From: a bacterium
Lineage (GTDB): Bacteria; 4484-113; JAFGCY01
Length of the DNA stretch: 64,000 bases
Direction of reading: 5' to 3'
NCBI GenBank assembly: GCA_020440645.1
Contig: JAGRNR010000004.1
Span: forward strand, 12,762 to 76,761
Part shown: positions 58,401-64,000 of the stretch, in pieces
Layout of the letters: each line of letters starts with the position of its first letter
How positions within the stretch are numbered: position 1 is the first letter of the stretch
The notes under the pieces: generated by a model
The model's input: the letters and a program-made list of their open reading frames with translations, nothing else
Databases searched by the model: none
What the model was told of the DNA's origin: nothing
Program-made: the position numbers and the translations under genes

Positions 58401-59982
58401 GTTCGGTGACATCGTCGGTGTGGACACCAACCAGGCCTTCCGCTCGATCGGCAACTACGCCTCCAAGGACCCGCTGGACGTGCCGCAGTGGCAGGTCAGT
58501 TACAGCCAGGGCTTCTTCGGCAATGCGAACATCGAGGACTACTACGACACCTACACCGAGGGCCGTGTGAACATCAATACCGCCTCGGAGGAAGTGCTGA
58601 CCGCGCTGTTCCGCAAGATCATCACAAACCGTGCCTATGACTATGACGTGGTGGATGACATCGATAACAACGGTGTGAACGAGACCTACCACTTCGTACG
58701 TGACCAGGTGAACGACAGCCACATGTCCGAGGCTGCCGCCCGCGTGCTGGCCCGCAAGGTGATCCGCTACCGCACCCTGTACTACGACCAGAACAAGCCG
58801 ACGCCGGCTGATGCCGACGGCAACTTCGGTTACACCCAGAGTGCGAATGCGGCTGCTGCCTCCCTCAACCTGGGTAACTTCCGCGTGGACCACCTGCCGA
58901 TGATCGGCCCGTTTGACGGTACCAACCCGCACCAGTACGGCATCGCCAACCGCGATGGCGCGCTGGGCCAGGCCAACACCCAGATGCTCAACACCTGGGA
59001 CAACATGGCCGGCAGCTACTACAACCTGAACAACGGCGATGCCGCGAACATGTTCTACTCCACGAGTGACATCGCGGTGGTGCGTGAGCCGCTTGCCATC
59101 AACATCGGCATCGATGTGGACGGCGACGGCGTGCCGGAGCCGGGCTTCAGCTTCAACGTGAACGAGAGCAAGGAGAACTACGCCAAGTACCTCAACGACG
59201 TGGCGAGCAACAGCAACTGGGAGAACAACCGCTACGCCGGCGGTGGCGGATTCGGTACCTGGGCGGCCACCGGCCAGTACCCGTCCGACAACAGCGGCAA
59301 CAACTACTCCCGCTGGTCCTTCGACGCCCGCCACTACTTCACCTACAGCAGCGGCAACCAGGGTCTGACCGTCGGTACGGATGGCAGCTTCAGCCTGGGT
59401 GCCCTGACCGGTGTTGAGGACGTGGTGGACGGCCGCAACAGGGTCGGCGTGTTCGAGTCCAACGGCGTGACCGCGGGTACCTACATCCCGAACCCGCCGT
59501 TCCAGAACATCTTCGACCTCTACAAGGTGATCGACGACTCGGCCGGCAACCAGAGCTTCCCGCTCACCGGTACGCTGGATGCGACCATCACGCTCAACGG
59601 CAATGACCGCTCGTCCGGCCTGCGCCGCTACTCCGGCCCGTCCGCCTTCCGTTACGAAGAGTACTGGGATGCTGGCGCAGGTGAGTTCGTGGTCCGCTCC
59701 AACTGGCTGGACGACATCGCCCCGTTCATCACCTGCCGCAGTTACGTCTACCGTGTGGACTCCAGCGCGGCGATCACCGCCAGCGGCGGAACCTCCAGCG
59801 CCCTGCTGGATACCTCCACCCTGGCCCGTGACCGCTCGAAGACCGTCATCCTTGATGCCGGCCCGCTGGCGAACAACCGTGGCGTGGACCAGATTTCCGA
59901 CCTTGACGCCTCCAGGGGTCTGATCAGCCCGGCACGCAGTGCCAGCTACAAGATCCTCTGGTTCTCGGATAACTCCGAGTAG
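49459..59982 (+). CDS. Giant (3507 aa) GspK-like minor pseudopilin fused to adhesin-type repeats (IPT/TIG, PKD/Ig-like, Asn/Gly/Thr-rich beta regions)
   Basis: N-terminal KRGHRGVVLLAVIIFVALLLPLVTLVL hydrophobic segment lacking Glu+5 (as in GspK, QRGVALLIVLL…). HhH-like motifs GRINLNIF (50464-50500), LDQLLNVPGMTRAKFNRLKDYL (51159-51225) and C-terminal GRVNINTASEEVLTALF (58561-58620). IPT-like domain ~54361-54660; PKD-like ~57630-57870 and ~57880-58200. GAGG SD before ATG 49459; alternative in-frame GTG 49609. 10.5-kb uninterrupted ORF flanked by terminators. Confidence 0.8.
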   Translation: MRTYTNLVGGSPESGSASTADLTPGTDMTGISNGGNTPQHAPCGQLRGRAVKRGHRGVVLLAVIIFVALLLPLVTLVLTSLNTEAVSTAEAIKGHKLDLASQKALNDAISLVVQQKSLPDYYSSANQPATAIVVLDPVSGFRRDQVPDSGVVGAAGLDDILGTGDDYWTSPRGDRSVLPTDVYDHTRNYEFDFSFSQMHSPTYLGQPSLLSSTNRYNGTSPNTGETIWLFNPYLAVAVDDDADGIDDGYDPNDAGGDPFDGKEAQLHGNGGFPNADEPRLNGPGSAVERSLDNGNNIRDYMLNSRIAIYESVFTDLDRGPVPTDLLKSYADVTDEAGRINLNIFCKKVRVLMPEAADVDYNLEGLATNDFNYNEQLNELGFKWIDNPLFPDRLTNQRWNWNIPAGTLSNDGDIDFGTLDPSTGIPDPTPDGYSWPDLGENVQHFYLGDTDGDGISQGNEAARHSVEMLTSLPGVDLELALNILEYLNPSQDTLNAIDPGYADGSVEPNIDPTIGAAGYRYDVANVTPPLTALGINLAGGTVGSIFWDFAASDEDDMPLPQPFALSSLDQLLNVPGMTRAKFNRLKDYLTIHSYDTNVIGTYITDVGPDADLVNAYEAGDPFFFGQVRRTVPDDMRDTDNVNDLRYDVTATAGGFSLEDYRDRAEEMYAYIREHLPSTNFRKITLPAVDRTGRSGASDHMTPNDDPRYDPTGGGLLVPHRDSEANPYNVGAFGHQFPTSDEAFTNFAGYPALNPEFSLDSCLSIVLYRNGTPFTADDYTYDWNGVNMAAHPASPGIGNLFGGGAFFFIERIFGIFGGGFDFGPNNNPPDGFDFATLANTNNANPVVTPHGPGVFTAANLLNPGTFDSAADLLQVPLYEFSSMSVSLMSDPPSDYRDPIVNQNGIVSYYATFSDVVPVSWYFDNVTGPDGNLGTADDPAQDVVLYMLYFNYANRTGVFPSAGGPYDAPSLSADTVQIPLTAQQIRSVSPVFPGMTGNVTIQAYDNFNNLDVLGPDFTNSPAFASTLAPLGGVGSLGRNFSYQQVPYPLGGGVTDDGNWRPNEGNAWDTGVAPVQWPGWAWTGEGDPYATGRILAYRWDDNANEPEDPELRADDITKVFLQNNTEAAIPFAVNILPVRTGGDTYDIYSSYGGADTSGGGSYLLFDWEYRDTLGPDDDPDDFDGTWPTEQPGQLINNPIQIRVNPEGNTVTLHMYDLRSFVDSSGLPIASGTPALPGNIYAGGRVQTTPSDGGTFPVDYGGGYPPVPTAGYAFDSAVISPIETAAGFQAQLASHEVSVFDNDTSVEVEMSAAGGDLNYNWELRVLDATLGNGAGGPYQGPDGAGPIASFPGLGSPPRPSRVTPPGFDYAAAELVPGTLLVVAGSSSSPEWNTFFDPSGLPNNTEYWLRLRVTENGGTTDTVFSKLVKDDESSSSTGTAIPPEMNASITLRELGDSRLGFTASASVDGGRDGYGYYWVLTRPKYNGTGNHVLDSAIPMETVDAAAPIVNLDSLTTGGGAVSTTVQMRSNDASPSFEFSQLDNYDNETGAAGADGIPDAQGVYFVHCFVLDRNNLLPSSGQSFIAHDVAQVTLSNLGTGGSGVPDTSGIARTPMAVLAANPPGNASISAGTNNSAAGGANPPYIGSATIDPAIEPDVAANGQAIVIRGFNFDPVASNNTVHFAGGVSATGAGVTAPSGVDILNIGGSPYGQQELTVRVPDGARTGFITVQTPGGTSDRRYIFQTGFNVTFDLIGSLSVNDAAYLQYDLDFQGDGKIDYSYSSLSNPSGGRQLIGSNLGITHDYAGDGIGNYNATLTVKDLVSGRTAVSHQLVMIHDLANVSGTNLVLASGFIGNIFLAGTPSFTDGAASFISAGVLPGDLVTNLNTGATTSVVSVISQNEVGCGSLSAPQWNIGDAYSISRFVDSNGAYGILADIWPDIDTRGASFNPQPGSGLAFRSAVGGINTALARRKWQIDLNGTSGTRGGEQVTSGNSTSNEPSGTVLRDTNNNFAQAGSRGVSVGDLVLNITDGSTANVLDVVSGSELRLSNPGDPSFGTGLVNGTGVNRTGVVDGNSVNQVIDQLAAPYDFVGDINGPAQGGIMVGDTVLQTRDGVQIGTWTVSSTANSPGILDVVNNTFTGTQTATVNAFTDNGGGNWDITLNRFANNSLIGLVLTNVTDGNSTWTITAFNGGNDLTVQLIAPGAGLGVFNIGDLVSINAVPAEWVVDDIWTVNIPANQFRIGYEYEIFTENGFSGNAWADATFADFNTPIEFHIEMNYPFDLSAAGAAASFIEVDWDNDSVVDDIFFVADTTRGDGTQNGIEVENAVITHSFGAGPELNGAGYTVGRYWVNSFAAGQTGSERYGGGAGFALPVVRVGRDDYDTDLSTLNVAQWNNSRDHKVTMTALYQTFATLTDNPLPGSTKNAVRQYETVDQLYVPRGDSQFATSLTNWVSYSSPFMTSNVPGITQMLHQSVHGEGSSFNWLSDANANTLWNNDGSESPQDGNPSSTYEYAVNNGFNNWAEVPLNVRGASFPQAAPNVGRPQPNGIFDYYTARRGVYNGWAWSSDVLPSSQRSFSFDSQAVFVGDRNGSSSPERRALGVDIYIDSIVASNSDPIRFTAFPSGGANEFNSYSYRWFVEYDNGGGFQPVDMDNNTTTNPPVSASISGPILVPYEDIQDEAFWVPADSGAGAWRVWCEVSDGSGVVNSAMKTFTVVEPPHSVHVMATPPSGSTGEFIEFWVSADGGTPGYDLEIDYDGDAVYDDVVTVGDGSIHIFGNVYNTPGTYNVEVRSTDDSGNVATDTTVVRVAESIPLWGDLIVNPPSGVAPFIAQVHYAVSGGRRLADGGYNVNLALLDSSGSSQGSVSRTDADSFGGDGPDDPRLPGGNDEPVTFVVPSAGTYTVQMTVSDNSGGVVTVNDTIFADGYMTPIEYGNTAPRVVTDREGRPMHAVRIWTDPHLTLSDDTTQVFGNKPDSEGRGGRLMEADLQVFGDIVGVDTNQAFRSIGNYASKDPLDVPQWQVSYSQGFFGNANIEDYYDTYTEGRVNINTASEEVLTALFRKIITNRAYDYDVVDDIDNNGVNETYHFVRDQVNDSHMSEAAARVLARKVIRYRTLYYDQNKPTPADADGNFGYTQSANAAAASLNLGNFRVDHLPMIGPFDGTNPHQYGIANRDGALGQANTQMLNTWDNMAGSYYNLNNGDAANMFYSTSDIAVVREPLAINIGIDVDGDGVPEPGFSFNVNESKENYAKYLNDVASNSNWENNRYAGGGGFGTWAATGQYPSDNSGNNYSRWSFDARHYFTYSSGNQGLTVGTDGSFSLGALTGVEDVVDGRNRVGVFESNGVTAGTYIPNPPFQNIFDLYKVIDDSAGNQSFPLTGTLDATITLNGNDRSSGLRRYSGPSAFRYEEYWDAGAGEFVVRSNWLDDIAPFITCRSYVYRVDSSAAITASGGTSSALLDTSTLARDRSKTVILDAGPLANNRGVDQISDLDASRGLISPARSASYKILWFSDNSE

Positions 59983-60027
59983 TGACAAAGACTGGTATCA
60001 CCCAGTCCTGCAATTGAGACGATTTAT

Positions 60028-60062
60028 GGACCCCCGGAGCTAATCCGGGGGTCTGTTTTTTC
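60028..60062 (+). terminator. Canonical intrinsic terminator GGACCCCCGG-agctaat-CCGGGGGTC + TGTTTTTTCC
   Basis: 10/9-bp GC stem, 7-nt loop, T-tract; 46 nt after the giant gene stop. Confidence 0.75.
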
Positions 60063-60083
60063 CGAATAACTTCCGAATAACTT
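60062..60083. repeat. Perfect tandem direct repeat CCGAATAACTT x2
   Basis: 60062-60072 and 60073-60083; lies between the terminator and the secretin promoter (-79 to -58 relative to predicted TSS). Confidence 0.6.
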
Positions 60084-60105
60084 AAAAGATAGGTACTCAG
60101 GTTCA

Positions 60106-60134
60106 TTGACAAGAGATTTTTCCTAGCTTAAAAT
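60106..60134 (+). promoter_or_regulatory. Near-consensus sigma70-type promoter TTGACA-N17-TAAAAT for the secretin/pilM unit
   Basis: TTGACA 60106-60111, 17-nt spacer, TAAAAT 60129-60134; predicted TSS ~60141; ~110-nt leader to ATG 60250 (SD GAGGAG). Confidence 0.55.
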
Positions 60135-60249
60135 ATCCAAATTGCACCGTAGCCCCGTGCTACTGTTAGCGCTGCACAGTTGGATACTGCCCTGTTGGTA
60201 TGGGCAGGAAATTACACGGATTGTTAATCTGTCCGTGAGGAGCGATTGG

Positions 60250-63021
<2,772 letters not shown>

Positions 63022-63034
63022 AACCTGAAACCGA

Positions 63035-63120
63035 GGGGTCAGGCCTGGACTGTTTATGTTCATGCCTGACCCCGCGGAACATTTAGTGGGGCGCCCGTGT
63101 CTCTAAGTACGGGTTTCTTC
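63035..63120 (+). terminator. Two hairpins between secretin and pilM: GGGGTCAGGC-19 nt-GCCTGACCCC and CCCGT-gtctctaagt-ACGGG + TTTCTTC
   Basis: Read from sequence; the second has a short stem followed by a T-rich tract. May act as a partial terminator/attenuator; pilM has its own SD (GGAGG). Confidence 0.35.
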
Positions 63121-63133
63121 GGTGGAGGTTAGA

Positions 63134-64000
63134 ATGGCTCAAGGAGCTGCAAAGAAATACGATGTAGGCCTTGATCTGACGTCGAACGAGCTGCGTTGTA
63201 CCGCAATCAGCCGCAAGGGCAAGGAAATGATCCTGGAGCGCTTCGCGGTTGGTGAGATCCCGTCCTCGGTATTCGCCGCCGGACGTGTGGCGGAACCCGG
63301 ACAGCTCGGGAACCGGATCAAGGAGATCCTCAAGGAAAACGGCATCGTGGCGCGTCGCGCCATCATCTCGCTTTCCGGCAAGGCTGCAATCACCCGCATC
63401 ATTGAACTTCCCAAGATGGGCGCTGCCCAGACCAGGCAGGCCATCTCCCTGCAGATCAACCAGTACGTACCCTTCCCCCCGGGTGACACCGTGTATGACT
63501 ACAAGGTGCTCCCGGCCCGTGAGGGTGCGAACCCGGCGATGCAGGAAGTGCTGCTGGTGGCCACCCGTGCCACCACCGTCGATTCACTGATCGCAACCAT
63601 GCGCTCAGCGGGCATCGAGTGCGAAGGTATCAAGATCACCTCGCTGGCGGCCTGGAACCTGATCGAAAGCAGCATGGAGGGTTACACCTCCGCAGTCGGC
63701 CTGATCGACATGCGTGACACGGTGACTGACCTGTCCTTCTTCCTGAAGGGCCAGTTCCGCCTGTCCCGTCCGGTCGAGCTTGGCTACAACAACATCCTGG
63801 CCAAGGTCGGGCAGCTGCTCGGCGTCAGTGCCCAGGAGGCTGAGGAATACCTCAAGGCCGACCCCGTCGACCTGACCATCCCCGAGGATGAGATCGACCC
63901 GACCGAGGATAACCGCCTGCGCGAGGCCCTGCTCTCCGTGTTCAGCGGCTTCGTGTCGGAGCTGATCCGCTCCATCCGTTACTACGAGAGCCAGGCGCAG
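63134..64000 (+). CDS. pilM: Type IV pilus assembly protein PilM (actin-like ATPase fold), 3'-truncated by window end
   Basis: Hand translation from ATG 63134: MAQGAAKKYDVGLDLTSNELRCTAISRKGKEMILERFAVGEIPSSVFAAGRVAEPGQLGNRIKEILKENGIVARRAIISLSGKAAITRIIELPKMGAAQTRQAISLQINQYVPFPPGDTVYDYKVL… shows typical PilM N-terminal organisation; open to nt 64000 (289 codons). Confidence 0.8.
   Translation, partial: MAQGAAKKYDVGLDLTSNELRCTAISRKGKEMILERFAVGEIPSSVFAAGRVAEPGQLGNRIKEILKENGIVARRAIISLSGKAAITRIIELPKMGAAQTRQAISLQINQYVPFPPGDTVYDYKVLPAREGANPAMQEVLLVATRATTVDSLIATMRSAGIECEGIKITSLAAWNLIESSMEGYTSAVGLIDMRDTVTDLSFFLKGQFRLSRPVELGYNNILAKVGQLLGVSAQEAEEYLKADPVDLTIPEDEIDPTEDNRLREALLSVFSGFVSELIRSIRYYESQAQ

Noticed and set aside
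54784-59988. 1734-aa minus-strand ORF antisense to the giant gene, plus other long antisense ORFs in the track (e.g. 50092-51477, 52129-54198, 47327-48775, 44383-45852, 9197-10114, 5270-6421, 6475-7410, 11694-12920, 16727-17812, 31817-33019, 215-997, 879-1751)
   Set aside because: Translations are Ala/Arg/Val/Gly-rich with no motifs, as expected for stop-poor antisense frames in 65% GC DNA. The opposite strands carry clear domain signatures (DEAD-box, S9 triad, fumarate-lyase, ROK, STAND, pilin, PKD/IPT).
60142-60249. 5' extension of the secretin ORF (MHRSPVLLLALHSWILPCWYGQEITRIVNLSVRSDW)
   Set aside because: Begins at TTG inside the predicted promoter/TSS region; an ATG with GAGGAG SD at 60250 starts a canonical signal peptide.

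Overview
High-GC (~65%) bacterial chromosomal window with a dense accessory character: many secreted proteins and lipoproteins, local low-GC islands, and spurious antisense ORFs typical of GC-rich DNA. The gene calls below rest on recognisable protein motifs in the provided ORF translations.

Housekeeping genes:
- DEAD-box RNA helicase with an unusual N-terminal Arg/Gly-rich extension.
- Two tandem secreted prolyl oligopeptidases (S9A).
- BirA-like biotin ligase.
- Class-II fumarase/aspartase (AspA-like) with a histone-H1-like Lys/Ala tail.
- ROK kinase and CinA-C/PncC, translationally coupled.
- UvrC.
- Hpt.

Accessory content:
- A block of secreted SBBP/PKD/dockerin-like proteins.
- Two tandem paralogous STAND (AAA_16 + TPR) NTPases flanking a decayed secreted-protein pseudogene. 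The C-terminal sensor half of one paralog is abruptly AT-rich, suggesting a chimeric or foreign segment.
- A stress/detox island: ArsR regulator with a conspicuous operator/promoter, three AHSA1/SRPBCC proteins, two tandem VOC/glyoxalase proteins, and PaiB.

Most striking locus (41.3 kb to window end): a type IV filament (T4P/T2SS-like) gene cluster.
- Six consecutive, unusually large (336-618 aa) prepilin-like genes, each with a class-III signal sequence (G/A|F-T/S-L-[IV]-E-[LMV]).
- A monocistronic 10.5-kb gene (3507 aa) encoding a GspK-like minor pseudopilin: no Glu+5, and helix-hairpin-helix (HhH) motifs at both ends. The middle ~2400 aa carry IPT/PKD/Ig-like adhesin-type repeats. The gene is bracketed by canonical intrinsic terminators.
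- A secretin with a long Gly/Arg-rich low-complexity insertion, driven by a near-consensus sigma70 promoter.
- A pilM gene that runs off the window end.
- A separate, distant gene (7455-8363) encodes an AMIN-like domain plus an STN/N0 domain, the kind of module normally found at a PilQ N-terminus.

No rRNA, tRNA, CRISPR array or transposase was recognised.
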